Shown: positions 49,956-59,430, counted from the first letter of the stretch. The stretch is DNA of 64,000 nt from an uncultured Chloroflexia bacterium (GCA_963752475.1 CAVVYR010000006.1:384001-448000), one strand, 5' to 3'. The notes: generated from the sequence alone by a model not told the origin. Program-made: numbers and translations.

Positions 49956-49982
49956 TGCCCACTCGGGCAGGATGCGATGCCC
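49956..49982. promoter_or_regulatory. TGCCC-N4-GGGCA-N8-TGCCC site upstream of candidate effector
   Basis: TGCCCACTCGGGCAGGATGCGATGCCC (three perfect arms). Confidence 0.65.
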
Positions 49983-50117
49983 ACCTTGCTGCCCGTGAGT
50001 CTGGTCGCGTCTCGCCACGACCACGAGACAATCGGTATGTAGGCGCCCGGATCGGTCGCATCGAGCACTCGTACCGACAGCCTGTCTCCGGGGTGCAGCG
50101 ACATAGCACGGAGGACC

Positions 50118-50891
50118 GTGTGGGTGGATCGTCGGCGCGAAGAGAAGTCGGACGACACGACCGGTCGGCGGCATCGGTCGCTCGCTCCGGCCAGACCAGA
50201 TCCTATCCTGAAGCCCGTCGACCTGAGGGGCGTCGTTGGTGACCACGCACCCACTGGAGAGGTCGACTCCAAGCCCCCTCCATCCAGTCATCGAGGCCGC
50301 AGTCTGGGTGCGCGCGAGTTGCTCTCGATTCAGCGTTCCGCTGGCAATCAGGCTGTGGTGCATCTCCTTGATGCCAAGGCGGGAACAAGTACCGCCGGAG
50401 CCGAGACGAAGGAGGTGAACCCCCCGCCCGGGCCGTACACGGGGAGGCGGATACGGAACGACAAGCTGGATAAGTACGAGTCCAACAAGCACCTGTTCAA
50501 GCCGGGCATCTTCAAGGAGTACGGCCCCTACGCGGAGGAATGGGCGCCCCTCGACGGCTATTTGAAGCGTGTCTGGGTCACGAACGCTGGATCGGATGCG
50601 GGCGTCCGGCTCAACGCTGACCTGCGGAAGTCGATGATGGGCATCCTCGAGAGGTTCATCTCGGCGAAGGCGGCGGACATCCGTCGAACGCGACCGGGCC
50701 GGGCACAAGACGATGCCCTGAGGAATGCTATCTGGGGTGAGAGCGGCAAGCAGTACACGTTTGCGCGCAGACGCGCCTGGGCGGAGTACCTTCGTAGTAA
50801 CTACCGGCACTTCCACGAATGGGCGGCCGTGCGCTTCGGCCTCGTAGAGCCGCCGTATGCATACCACGCCAAGCGAAAGGCCGCGAAGTGA
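50118..50891 (+). CDS. Candidate eCIS cargo with unrecognised basic C-terminal domain
   Basis: GGAGG then GTG; LLSIQRSAGNQAVVHLL leader. Confidence 0.7.
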   Translation: MWVDRRREEKSDDTTGRRHRSLAPARPDPILKPVDLRGVVGDHAPTGEVDSKPPPSSHRGRSLGARELLSIQRSAGNQAVVHLLDAKAGTSTAGAETKEVNPPPGPYTGRRIRNDKLDKYESNKHLFKPGIFKEYGPYAEEWAPLDGYLKRVWVTNAGSDAGVRLNADLRKSMMGILERFISAKAADIRRTRPGRAQDDALRNAIWGESGKQYTFARRRAWAEYLRSNYRHFHEWAAVRFGLVEPPYAYHAKRKAAK

Positions 50892-51619
50892 AGCGAGGCA
50901 CTGGATTGCCGCTGCCAGCGCTCGTCTTCGTCACGCTTCTGCTAGTGCCGCTGGCCGCGCAACTGGCTGCTGCGGCGGACCCGACGCCATCGCCAACTGC
51001 GACACCGGACTGGGTACACCACCACGAGCCCAACCCGGGACCCTGCACGTTCGATTTCGTGCGTGACCTGCCTGGATACGACGCGACTGGCGTGGCGAGG
51101 AACACATACGCGGCCGCGGCGGTCGAGGATGGCGAGCTCATCTGTGGCGGACCCGGCGACGACTGGGTACGTCAGATGGACGGGGGCACCTTCGATGGCG
51201 GTGGCCAGGATGACGAGGTCGAGTACATGTTCGGTGGTGCATTTGTGGGTGGCGGCGGCACTGACTCGGTCGATGTGATGCTCGGTGGCACCTTCGAGGG
51301 TGGTTACCTCAGTGACTTCGTCGAGCGCCTCGATGGCGGCGTGTTCAGCGGAGGACCGGGCCACGACGGGATCGACCAGATGTACTCAGGCGGCTTCGAC
51401 GGCGGCGGAGGAAATGACTACGTCAACCAGCTAGGCGGTGAACCGGAGATGTTCGGCACACCCAGATTCGATGGCGGCGCCGGCCGTGACAGAGTCGAGT
51501 CGTTCTGGCATGGCACATTCGACGGGGGCAATGGCATCGACACTGTCGAGGACGCGTCTTCTCTCCACGCTATCGAGTGCATCAGCGTGGAGAGAGCTCT
51601 GGACTGCCACTCCCCGTAG
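50888..51619 (+). CDS. Exported Gly/Asp-rich beta-roll (RTX-like) protein
   Basis: GTGA overlap with upstream gene; signal peptide; FxGGxGxDxV repeats. Confidence 0.7.
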   Translation: MKRGTGLPLPALVFVTLLLVPLAAQLAAAADPTPSPTATPDWVHHHEPNPGPCTFDFVRDLPGYDATGVARNTYAAAAVEDGELICGGPGDDWVRQMDGGTFDGGGQDDEVEYMFGGAFVGGGGTDSVDVMLGGTFEGGYLSDFVERLDGGVFSGGPGHDGIDQMYSGGFDGGGGNDYVNQLGGEPEMFGTPRFDGGAGRDRVESFWHGTFDGGNGIDTVEDASSLHAIECISVERALDCHSP

Positions 51620-51883
51620 TCTCGGTTCGACGCGGGATGGTCGAGCGACAAGGAGTTGTTCTCTGAAGCCGTTCATCCCCTGGGACCAGCCGGTTCCACC
51701 CATCGCGCCGTGTGAGCGCCAAGGCCGATGGCCGCCGTCACCAACATCTGTGGAGACGCTGTCGTCCACCATCAGGATCGTTGCACGCCCCCTGCTGCAC
51801 CCAGACACGGTCGGCATGAACCCCGCGGTGAGGCCGACCCGGCGGGAGCATGACGTGTTGAGGCCACCCCTACACGTTCGAGT

Positions 51884-53083
51884 CTAGCTCCGTTTGACAG
51901 GGAGGAACCGCTTCGCGTACTCGAGGAACCGATTGCCGCCCTCGCTGACCGCGAACTCCCGCATCACGCGTCGCCAGAACGGCCTCTTGTCGGTCTTGGC
52001 GTCCGGGTTCATCTTCGCGAGCGTGGCTTTGAGGACCTCCTTGAATGCCTCTTTGCCGGTTCCCTTGACGAAGTTGACGAGTAGCTTGTCGCCGAACGTG
52101 AGCAGTGTCTCCGGGTCGACGCCGATGGAGCGCATATACCGCACGTCGAACCGCTTCACGACGGCGGGATAGAACGAACCCAAGTACTTACCCAGCAAGT
52201 CGCCGGCAGCGCCGGTCACGAACCCGATCAACGCCGTGTCGCCAGCGCTCTTGAGCATCGCGACGACGCCGAATTCCTTCCGAAGTCCGGTGGCCATCTC
52301 CGACGTTCGCGTCGCGGCTTCCTCGACGAGCTTGCCGGTGGTCGCGACGCCGCTCGCAGCCAGGCTCCCGAGTGCCCACTTGCCAGCGGTTGACCCGACG
52401 AGCTTGGCCGCTCCAGTCGTGGCACCTCCGGTCAGGTACGTGGTCACCACGGTGAAGGACACATCCCTCGTGATTTCGAGCGTCGTGACCGCGCGACCAC
52501 CGCCGCTGATCGCCCTCCCGATGAAGGTCCGCCATGTCTTCGCGGCCTTGTTGTACTGCTGCTCGGCCAACCGCAATTGCGTCGCGGCTCCCCGCACGTC
52601 GCCGGCTCGCAGCAGTGCCCGAGCGAGCGCCGCACGCTGGAGCGGAAGGACATAGATGAGCTCGTTCGGTAGCTTCGCGCCGCCGAGGGTCTCGGCGACC
52701 GGGCCGACGAACCAGCCGCGGATTTCCTTCACGTATCGGCGTTGCGAGTCGCGGATGATCCGCGTGTAGCTCTCGATCAGCGAGATCGACCGGCCGAGCG
52801 TCCGGATCGCGCGAGCCCGCAGTTCGGCTTCCTCGCTCGCCGGCGGCTTGGCCTGCCGATGAACGACGGGCATCGGCCGGCCGGCGTCGACGAGGCGGGC
52901 GACGGCAGCGTTCCCCACTGTTCGCTGGAGCGCGAGCACGTCGCCAGGGTGGCCCCTGTGAGGCTGCGAGAGGACGGCTGGTGCGATGAGTGGGCGAGCA
53001 CCAGCCCTCGACCGTCCCTTGGTGGTGCCAACGCCGCGACGCCCAGCGGGCACGACGTGCTGCTTCCGGTGCGTCAGGTTCAT
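51884..53083 (-). CDS. Candidate eCIS cargo, helical and possibly membrane-active
   Basis: VLALQRTVGNAAVARL leader, VVHRQ, coiled helices, Gly/Ala-rich hydrophobic segments; start uncertain. Confidence 0.65.
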   Translation of the reverse strand: MNLTHRKQHVVPAGRRGVGTTKGRSRAGARPLIAPAVLSQPHRGHPGDVLALQRTVGNAAVARLVDAGRPMPVVHRQAKPPASEEAELRARAIRTLGRSISLIESYTRIIRDSQRRYVKEIRGWFVGPVAETLGGAKLPNELIYVLPLQRAALARALLRAGDVRGAATQLRLAEQQYNKAAKTWRTFIGRAISGGGRAVTTLEITRDVSFTVVTTYLTGGATTGAAKLVGSTAGKWALGSLAASGVATTGKLVEEAATRTSEMATGLRKEFGVVAMLKSAGDTALIGFVTGAAGDLLGKYLGSFYPAVVKRFDVRYMRSIGVDPETLLTFGDKLLVNFVKGTGKEAFKEVLKATLAKMNPDAKTDKRPFWRRVMREFAVSEGGNRFLEYAKRFLPVKRS

Positions 53084-53492
53084 CTGCGTCTCCGCTCGCG
53101 ACCGCCGCATACGGTCGCCCCGGCAGCGACCGTATGCCCATGTGGCGGGCGACGCAATGCCCTGGAGCGCATCTGCCCCGACGGCTGCCCCTTCGGGTGC
53201 CCAGGTAGCTGCGCATCCAGCCATGGGAACGCCGATTCGCTCTGGTGCGGACTCTCGGGCCCCGACGGCCTGCCCCGGTACCTCCGCTTGCGGTCGGCGC
53301 GACATGGCAGGCAGACGCGTCGGACTCAGGCCCGGACCAGTCCATGAGGTGAACCGCGGTGGCAGGTCGGGAGCAGCCTCTCCCTGTGCTCAGCCTCGTA
53401 GTGGGCCTCTCCCTCGGGCTCGAACTGGGCGGCGTCGGTCTCCTGACCATGCACGAACCCTGGACCAAGGGGCAGATGACCTCGGAGTGCAG

Positions 53493-54818
53493 CTAGCCGG
53501 GTCCTGCGTCTCTGGGACCTGGGGGACCGTGCCTGGGCGGCGTGCCTGTGACATCCTTGAGCCGACCGACCTCCACCAGCTTCTCGATTATTACGTCGAG
53601 CGTTTCGATGATCACTTGAGCGTACGCTTGGGAGGCAACCGGCAGTCGCGGGTTGACCACCCGCATCGCCTCGCTCACCTGGTTGGCTCCTTGGGCTGTG
53701 AGCACGGGGATGTAATCCTCGACCTTCTTGATGAGTGGGCCGTGGTCCACATCGCTCTTGCCCCGGACGTCAGCGAGGTTCTCCCGTGACTGGGCGACGG
53801 CCTCCCGGATGATCGCCAGCGTCTGTCCGCTCTTCAACAGCGACTCGTCGCCCGGTAGCTTCCACTTGGTGCCCTTGGCGTTGCGGACCCAGAGGCCACC
53901 CCCAGGTCGTTTGATGTCGCGGTTGAGTCGGTCGTGAACGGCCTTGAGGAATGCTCCGTAGAAGAAGGGCTTCTTGAAGCGGGCTATCAACGCCATCAGG
54001 TCGGCGAACGACTTCTCGCTTGCGGGCACCCATCCACCGAATGCCGGCTTGGGCTTGACGTCGTAGCCTGAGAGCTTCCCTACGGCGTCCGGGTTGGCGA
54101 ACACAATTCTGGATACTCGGAGAGCGAATCCCCGCGCACCAGGCTTGAAGTCCTTCATCCGAGCCTTGGCTGTGTTGATGGGACCTATTCGTGAGACGAG
54201 GTGGCCCGCGGCGAAGGCGTCCGTAAGGAAGTGATCGCCGAAGGCATTCACCTTCATGGCTTGGTCCATGTTCCCCTGCTGCGCCAGTCTGAGCGCTTGG
54301 ACGTGGTATCGCCTCCAGGTCTCACGGTGACCGGCGCCGCCATCAGCGCCTGCGTAGTGCTCGACGTTCTTCGCGGCAAGCTCCGTGTATCGTCCTCCCG
54401 TCGCCTTCTCCCACTCGCTCTCCTTCACGGCCGTGGCGCCTGGCTTGCCCTGGAGGTGGTCGCGCTCTCGGCGGACCAGCGTCACGAGAGTCCTCAGTTC
54501 CTTGCGACTCGCCTGCCGAAGTTGCGCGGGGTCTTTGAAGTGGTCGGCCAGCGCTGTCCACTCGCCGTAGGTCATGCGGACACCGTTCACCTCAAGTGTG
54601 GTCTCCTCCTCACCCTTCCTGGCTCCAACCATGGCGTGCTCGCCTGAGATGTAGCGCCGGACCTCGCTCGGGTCGTGGCCTCTCCCGGCTTCGCGCTCGC
54701 CTACGAGACTTGCGATCGCCCGGTTGCCAGCGAGCCGTTGCATCTCCAACACGGACAGTGCAGGGCCCGGCAAGCGGCCCGCATCGTCCACCCCGCCACC
54801 CCCAGGGCGCGACCGCAC
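53493..54818 (-). CDS. Candidate eCIS cargo, zinc phospholipase C-like
   Basis: MQRLAGNRAI leader; GEH, YGE..ALAD, RY..LA..N..HY, NAFGDHFLTDAFAAGH, HD..N; start uncertain. Confidence 0.7.
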   Translation of the reverse strand: MRSRPGGGGVDDAGRLPGPALSVLEMQRLAGNRAIASLVGEREAGRGHDPSEVRRYISGEHAMVGARKGEEETTLEVNGVRMTYGEWTALADHFKDPAQLRQASRKELRTLVTLVRRERDHLQGKPGATAVKESEWEKATGGRYTELAAKNVEHYAGADGGAGHRETWRRYHVQALRLAQQGNMDQAMKVNAFGDHFLTDAFAAGHLVSRIGPINTAKARMKDFKPGARGFALRVSRIVFANPDAVGKLSGYDVKPKPAFGGWVPASEKSFADLMALIARFKKPFFYGAFLKAVHDRLNRDIKRPGGGLWVRNAKGTKWKLPGDESLLKSGQTLAIIREAVAQSRENLADVRGKSDVDHGPLIKKVEDYIPVLTAQGANQVSEAMRVVNPRLPVASQAYAQVIIETLDVIIEKLVEVGRLKDVTGTPPRHGPPGPRDAGPG

Positions 54819-54947
54819 AGGATCACGTCCCTTGGGTGTTCCTCCTAGTCGCCCTGGCCACAGCGCGCGCGTCGAACACGTGAACTCCCTTGAGGCCCAG
54901 CGTATGGAACCCAGCACGGAGCGCCAGCATCGGGCAGGCGGCTGAAC

Positions 54948-54965
54948 GGGCAAGACCTGCTTCCC
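54948..54965. promoter_or_regulatory. GGGCA-N8-TTCCC site upstream of PLC-like gene
   Basis: GGGCAAGACCTGCTTCCC (1 mismatch). Confidence 0.5.
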
Positions 54966-55074
54966 GTTCGTGTACGAGCACGGTGCCGCGTGAGCTGATC
55001 GCTGGGTCTGGGAGTGGACCGATCTTTGGGCCCGGATCGGGCCGGAGCCAGGGACACGCAGCCTGGTCACTTCG

Positions 55075-55202
55075 CTGTCGAGCCACATGAGCACTCGCGC
55101 GGTCTGGGACGTGTGGGTGCTGTTCGACGCCCAGGCGACGACGCTGACGGCAACGACCGCCAGCACGAGCGCCAGCAGTCCGAGACGCCTGAGCCAACGC
55201 AT
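55075..55202 (-). pseudogene. Truncated 5' copy of the serine hydrolase gene
   Basis: MRWLRRLGLLALVLAVVAVSVVAWASNSTHTSQTARVLMWLD vs MRWLKALGLVVLVIAPAVVGVYAWAQANTDTSQTARVIAWLE. Confidence 0.85.
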
Positions 55203-55411
55203 GAGCGGAGCCTGGTGCTCCTCGATGGCGGTCAGCGGACGACGATGTTGACCAGTCGGCCGCCGACGTGGATGACCTTGACCACGGTCTTGCCCTCGAG
55301 GTTGGCCTGGACCTTGGGCTGCGCCATGACGACGGCCTCGATCTCCTCCTGCGGCAGGCCTGGGGCCAACCGCACCTTGTCGCGCAGCTTGCCGTTGATC
55401 TGTACCGGCAG
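55075..55411. repeat. Right island-boundary repeat
   Basis: Diverged direct repeat of 10385..10722. Confidence 0.9.
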
Positions 55412-57799
55412 CTCGACCATCTCCGCGGCCACCAGTGACGCATCGTGCTCGGGCCACGGTTCGGAGTGGATCGAGCGCCACGCATCGCCCCGAGCGGCCA
55501 GGCGGCGCGACCACAGCTCCTCGGAGATGTGCGGCGCCTCCGGGGCCAGCATCAGCAACAGCATGTCGACGGCTTCGTCGTAACCGGCGGTCTCGGCCGC
55601 GGGTGTGCCGCGGTACTTCATGAGCGTGTTGGTCAGCTCCATGAGCTTGGCCACGATGGTGTTCCAGTGGAAGCGCCCGTGGTCTGCGGTGACGCCCTCG
55701 AGCGTCTTGTGCGCGGCCACTCGCAGAGCCTTCTCGGCGGCCGCGAGGTCCTGGCCATCGGGCAGCGAACCGGCATCGGGATCGCCGTGCTCCTGGCCGG
55801 TCGGGTCGATCGCGACCGTCCACACGCGGCGCAGGAAGCGGTTGATGCCCTCGATGCCCTGCGGGTTCCACGGGCCACCCTGGTCCCACGGTCCCATGAA
55901 CATCAGGAACAGGCGCACGGTGTCGGCGCCGTACTTCTGCACCAGCTCGTCGGGGTCCTGCACGTTGCCGCGCGACTTGGACATGCGCTCACCATCGGCG
56001 CCCAGGATCTGGCCCTGGTTGAAGAGGCGCTTGAAGGGCTCGCGGGAGGAGATCACCCCGACGTCGTTGAGGGCCTTGGCGAAGAAGCGGCTGTAGAGCA
56101 GGTGCATGACCGCGTGCTCGGCTCCGCCGGTGTACTGGTCGACCGGCGTCCAGCGGGCCTCGAGGTCCTTGTCGATGGCCACGTCGTCCGCGTCGGGCGA
56201 GAGGTAGCGCCAGTAGTACCAGCTGCTATCGACGAACGTGTCCATCGTGTCCGTCTCGCGCTTGGCGGGACCGCCGCACTCGGGACAGGTGGTCTCGAGG
56301 AATGACTCGGTCGTCTCGAGCGGGTTGCCGCCGCCCTCGGGGTAGACGAAGTCGTCGGGGAGCAGGACCGGCAGGTCCTCCTCCGGCACCGGCACGATGC
56401 CGCACTCGCCATCGCAGTAGACCGCCGGGATGGGCGTGCCCCAGGCACGCTGTCGGCTGATGAGCCAGTCACGGATGCGATACGTGACGGTAGCCTCGCC
56501 CTGGCCCGAGGCTGCGAGGTCCTCGACGATCCTGGCGAAGCCCTCGCTCCAGGGCATGCCGCTGTACTCGCCGGAGTTGACCAGGCGCGCCTCGTCCGAC
56601 TTGGTCACGTAGGCCTCGTCGAGTGGCGCGTCGTCAGCATCGTCGGGGCCGGCGACCACGCGCACGATGGGGATGTCGAACCTCTGGGCGAAGGCGAAGT
56701 CGCGCTCGTCGTGACCGGGCACGGCCATGATCGCGCCGGTGCCGTAGGTGCTGAGCACGTAGTCGGCGATCCAGATGGGGATGCGCTCGCCGTTGACCGG
56801 ATTGATGGCGTCGGCGCCCAGGGGTACGCCGGTCTTCTCGCGGTCGGTCGAGAGGCGTTCGATCTCCGTCTCGCGGCGGGCCTGCTCGACGTATGCCTGA
56901 ACCGCTTCCCGCTGCTCAGGCGAGGTCAGCTCCTCTACCAGCGCGTGCTCGGGTGCCAAGACCATGAAGGTGGCGCCGAAGAGCGTGTCCGGCCGGGTGG
57001 TGAAGATGCGCAGCTCCTCGCCGCCCGTGTGATGGTCCGACGGTGCGGTGCGGAAGATGACGTCCGCGCCCTCGGAGCGGCCGATCCAGTTCGTCTGCAT
57101 GAGGCGGACCGGCTCCGGCCAATCGAGGCCCTCGAAGGAGAGCAGTTCGTCGGCGTACTTGGTGATGCGGAAGAACCACTGCTCCAGATCGCGCTTCACG
57201 ACCGGGGTGCCGCAGCGCCAGCAGACGCGGTCGACGCCCTCGACCTGCTCGCGTGCGAGGACGACCTGGTCCTTCGGGCACCAGTCCACCGGCGCCATCT
57301 GGCGGTAGGCCAGGCCGGCCTTCATGAACTGAAGGAAGATCCACTGGTTCCACTTGTAGTAGTCGGGCTGGCAGGTCACGACCTCGGCGTTCCAGTCGAA
57401 GGTCGCACCCATCGAGCGCAGCTGCCGACGCATGTTCTCGACGTTCTTCATCGTCCACACCGCGGGGTGGATGCCGCTCTTGATGGCGGCGTTCTCCGCG
57501 GGCAGGCCGAAGGCATCGAAGCCGATGGGGAAGAAGACGTTGTAGCCGTTCATGCGCAGGAAGCGGCTGCGGGCGTCGGTCGGGGTCTTGATGTACCAGT
57601 GGCCGATGTGGAGGTCACCCGAGGGGTACGGGTACATCGTCAGGAGGTAGTAGTCGGGCTTGTCCCTGGCCTCGAGGTCGGTGTGATGGAGCCCGAGCTC
57701 CTCCCAGCGTCCCTGCCAGTGGGGTTCGATGGCGGCCGCGTCATAGCGGTCGACGGAGGTGCGGGTGGCGTCGCCGTCAGGGGCGTTGGAGCTGCTCAT
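55232..57799 (-). CDS. leuS: Leucine--tRNA ligase
   Basis: [53 protein letters not shown]. Confidence 0.98.
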   Translation of the reverse strand: MSSSNAPDGDATRTSVDRYDAAAIEPHWQGRWEELGLHHTDLEARDKPDYYLLTMYPYPSGDLHIGHWYIKTPTDARSRFLRMNGYNVFFPIGFDAFGLPAENAAIKSGIHPAVWTMKNVENMRRQLRSMGATFDWNAEVVTCQPDYYKWNQWIFLQFMKAGLAYRQMAPVDWCPKDQVVLAREQVEGVDRVCWRCGTPVVKRDLEQWFFRITKYADELLSFEGLDWPEPVRLMQTNWIGRSEGADVIFRTAPSDHHTGGEELRIFTTRPDTLFGATFMVLAPEHALVEELTSPEQREAVQAYVEQARRETEIERLSTDREKTGVPLGADAINPVNGERIPIWIADYVLSTYGTGAIMAVPGHDERDFAFAQRFDIPIVRVVAGPDDADDAPLDEAYVTKSDEARLVNSGEYSGMPWSEGFARIVEDLAASGQGEATVTYRIRDWLISRQRAWGTPIPAVYCDGECGIVPVPEEDLPVLLPDDFVYPEGGGNPLETTESFLETTCPECGGPAKRETDTMDTFVDSSWYYWRYLSPDADDVAIDKDLEARWTPVDQYTGGAEHAVMHLLYSRFFAKALNDVGVISSREPFKRLFNQGQILGADGERMSKSRGNVQDPDELVQKYGADTVRLFLMFMGPWDQGGPWNPQGIEGINRFLRRVWTVAIDPTGQEHGDPDAGSLPDGQDLAAAEKALRVAAHKTLEGVTADHGRFHWNTIVAKLMELTNTLMKYRGTPAAETAGYDEAVDMLLLMLAPEAPHISEELWSRRLAARGDAWRSIHSEPWPEHDASLVAAEMVELPVQINGKLRDKVRLAPGLPQEEIEAVVMAQPKVQANLEGKTVVKVIHVGGRLVNIVVR

Positions 57800-57851
57800 A
57801 GGTACATTCTCACCGATGTGGACTGGCTCGATCGCGGTCGGGATACGACAA

Positions 57852-57876
57852 GACCCTCGTCTGGTCGACGAGGGTC
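57852..57876. terminator. Hairpin downstream of tRNA-Ala
   Basis: GACCCTCGTC-TGGTC-GACGAGGGTC inverted repeat, followed by TTGT on the minus strand. Confidence 0.5.
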
Positions 57877-57894
57877 CGTGTTCTTGCGCCGGGG

Positions 57895-57970
57895 TGGTGG
57901 AGCGACGGGGACTCGAACCCCGGACCTTCTGCATGCCATGCAGATGCTCTTCCAGCTGAGCTATCGCCCC
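57895..57970 (-). tRNA. tRNA-Ala(GGC)
   Basis: GGGGCGATAGCTCAGCTGGAAGAGCATCTGCATGGCATGCAGAAGGTCCGGGGTTCGAGTCCCCGTCGCTCCACCA; 76 nt with CCA. Confidence 0.97.
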
Positions 57971-58050
57971 GCGGCGGCCATAGTAGCGAATCGCGGCGAA
58001 CCCGGCTGACCACGAGCCGAAGAGCCGAGCCTGACGAGGAAGCACCTAGG

Positions 58051-58362
58051 ATGACGAACGTGACAGCGAAGTCCTCGATCGACCTGAACCCGGACGTGGG
58101 AGCGGGGCTCGGCGCCGACGATGCGGCCATCCTGCCGCTCATCAGCGCCGCCAGTGGCCAGCCCATCGTGCTCATGCCGGACGCGCCGACGGTGGGTGGC
58201 CATCCGGTGCGGGCGGTCGTGGCCGCCGCCGATCGGCACCACCTGGGCCAACCCCGAACTGGGGCTGGACTTCGGTTCCGATGGACCGCGGTCGATGACG
58301 CACGCCGGGCGCTGGCTGATCAGCAGGAGCGCTCGGCAGCCGCGGCCAGGTCGCTGTCTTGA
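58051..58362 (+). CDS. Hypothetical protein with PxpA(LamB/YcsF)-like N-terminus
   Basis: IDLNPDVGAG...DAAILPLISAA resembles the IDLNxDxGE...PLISSAN start of PxpA. Confidence 0.35.
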   Translation: MTNVTAKSSIDLNPDVGAGLGADDAAILPLISAASGQPIVLMPDAPTVGGHPVRAVVAAADRHHLGQPRTGAGLRFRWTAVDDARRALADQQERSAAAARSLS

Positions 58363-59069
58363 ACCCACGACGCCCATACGAGATCCGGCGTTCCGACCGC
58401 GCGCGCCGGGCCAGGATCACCGTGAACCGTGAGGGCCGGACGGTGGTGGTGCTGCCCCGCCGCATGCCGGCTTCAGAGGCGCAGCGGCTCGTGGTCGAGC
58501 ATGCCGCCTGGATCGATCGACACGTCACCCGTGTCACCGCCGAGCGTGAGCGTCTGGCCGAGCGCCCGGCGCTGGGGGAGGGGCGCGTGCTCTCGGTCGC
58601 CGGTGAGCCTCGCCGTATCTCGACGGTCGATGCTGGTGCCGATCGTGCCCTCCGTGGTCGGGTGGAGGAGGTACCGGGTGGCGTCATCGTCCGGCTTGGA
58701 CGCGATGGACGCGACACGGGACAGCTACTCGAGCCCTGGCTGCGTGCCCGCGCCCGCGGGACGATCACTTCCTGTGTGGAGCTGCACGCTCCGGGGCTGG
58801 ACGTGAAGCCGGGGCGCGTCAGCATCCGCGATCAGCGCAGCCGCTGGGCCTCCGCCTCGGCCGACGGCTCGCTCTCGTTCAGCTGGCGCCTGGTGCTGGC
58901 GCCACCGTTCGTGCTCGATGCGGTCGTGGTCCACGAGCTGGCCCACCTGCGCATCCGGGCCCACTCGCGTCGCTTCTGGGCTCTCGTGGAACAGCACGCC
59001 CCGCGTACCGCCGAGGCTCGCCGCTGGCTCCGAGAGCACGCCACCGAGCTCCGCGCCGCCCTCGAGTAG
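58359..59069 (+). CDS. YgjP/DUF45 (M48-like) metallopeptidase-family protein
   Basis: IRDQRSRWAS, FSWRL, VVVHELAH...HSRRFW. Confidence 0.9.
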   Translation: MNPRRPYEIRRSDRARRARITVNREGRTVVVLPRRMPASEAQRLVVEHAAWIDRHVTRVTAERERLAERPALGEGRVLSVAGEPRRISTVDAGADRALRGRVEEVPGGVIVRLGRDGRDTGQLLEPWLRARARGTITSCVELHAPGLDVKPGRVSIRDQRSRWASASADGSLSFSWRLVLAPPFVLDAVVVHELAHLRIRAHSRRFWALVEQHAPRTAEARRWLREHATELRAALE

Positions 59070-59170
59070 GACGGGGAATACGCCGATCGCCGCGCCGAGT
59101 AGCCACCCCGTCCGCTCACCGAGGCGGGCGCTTGGGGCCCGCCAAGGGGCTACGTCCGGGGCTCACTGGA

Positions 59171-59226
59171 CGCTACCAACGGGCCTGCCAAGGCGCTACC
59201 CACGGGCCTGCCGAGGCGCTACCCAC
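59171..59226. repeat. Imperfect 23-bp intergenic tandem repeat (~2.4 copies)
   Basis: CGCTACCMACGGGCCTGCCRAGG. Confidence 0.6.
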
Positions 59227-59430
59227 CCCACGGGTGACCGAGCCAAGCACTTGTCCTTCCGACCCAGCCCGCGGGTGTCCCCGCCAGGCTGGCCTGCTGC
59301 GCCGGCCGTTCCACCCGCCCACGGGGTCGACTGGCCACCGGTTCGCCTTCTCACCCGCCGTGTGGGTCATTCGGCCGGCACGGAATCGGGCTTGGCCCAG
59401 TGACCCAGCAGGTGGGTATGGCGAAGTGTC

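Larger units (their letters stand above)
10723..55074. mobile_element. ~44 kb genomic island carrying an eCIS, without integrase
   Basis: Flanking duplicated leuS/hydrolase segment; accessory content; ISs inside. Confidence 0.8.

Noticed and set aside
10752-55070. GTGACCAG / CTGGTCAC as island terminal inverted repeats
   Set aside because: Only 8 bp, does not extend, and no matching transposase; compatible with chance.
55203-55889. 5' part of the 798-aa ORF 53493..55889
   Set aside because: Alternate-frame shadow of leuS.
57895-57970. tRNA-Ala as island attachment site
   Set aside because: No duplicate of its 3' end seen; intact leuS lies between it and the island.
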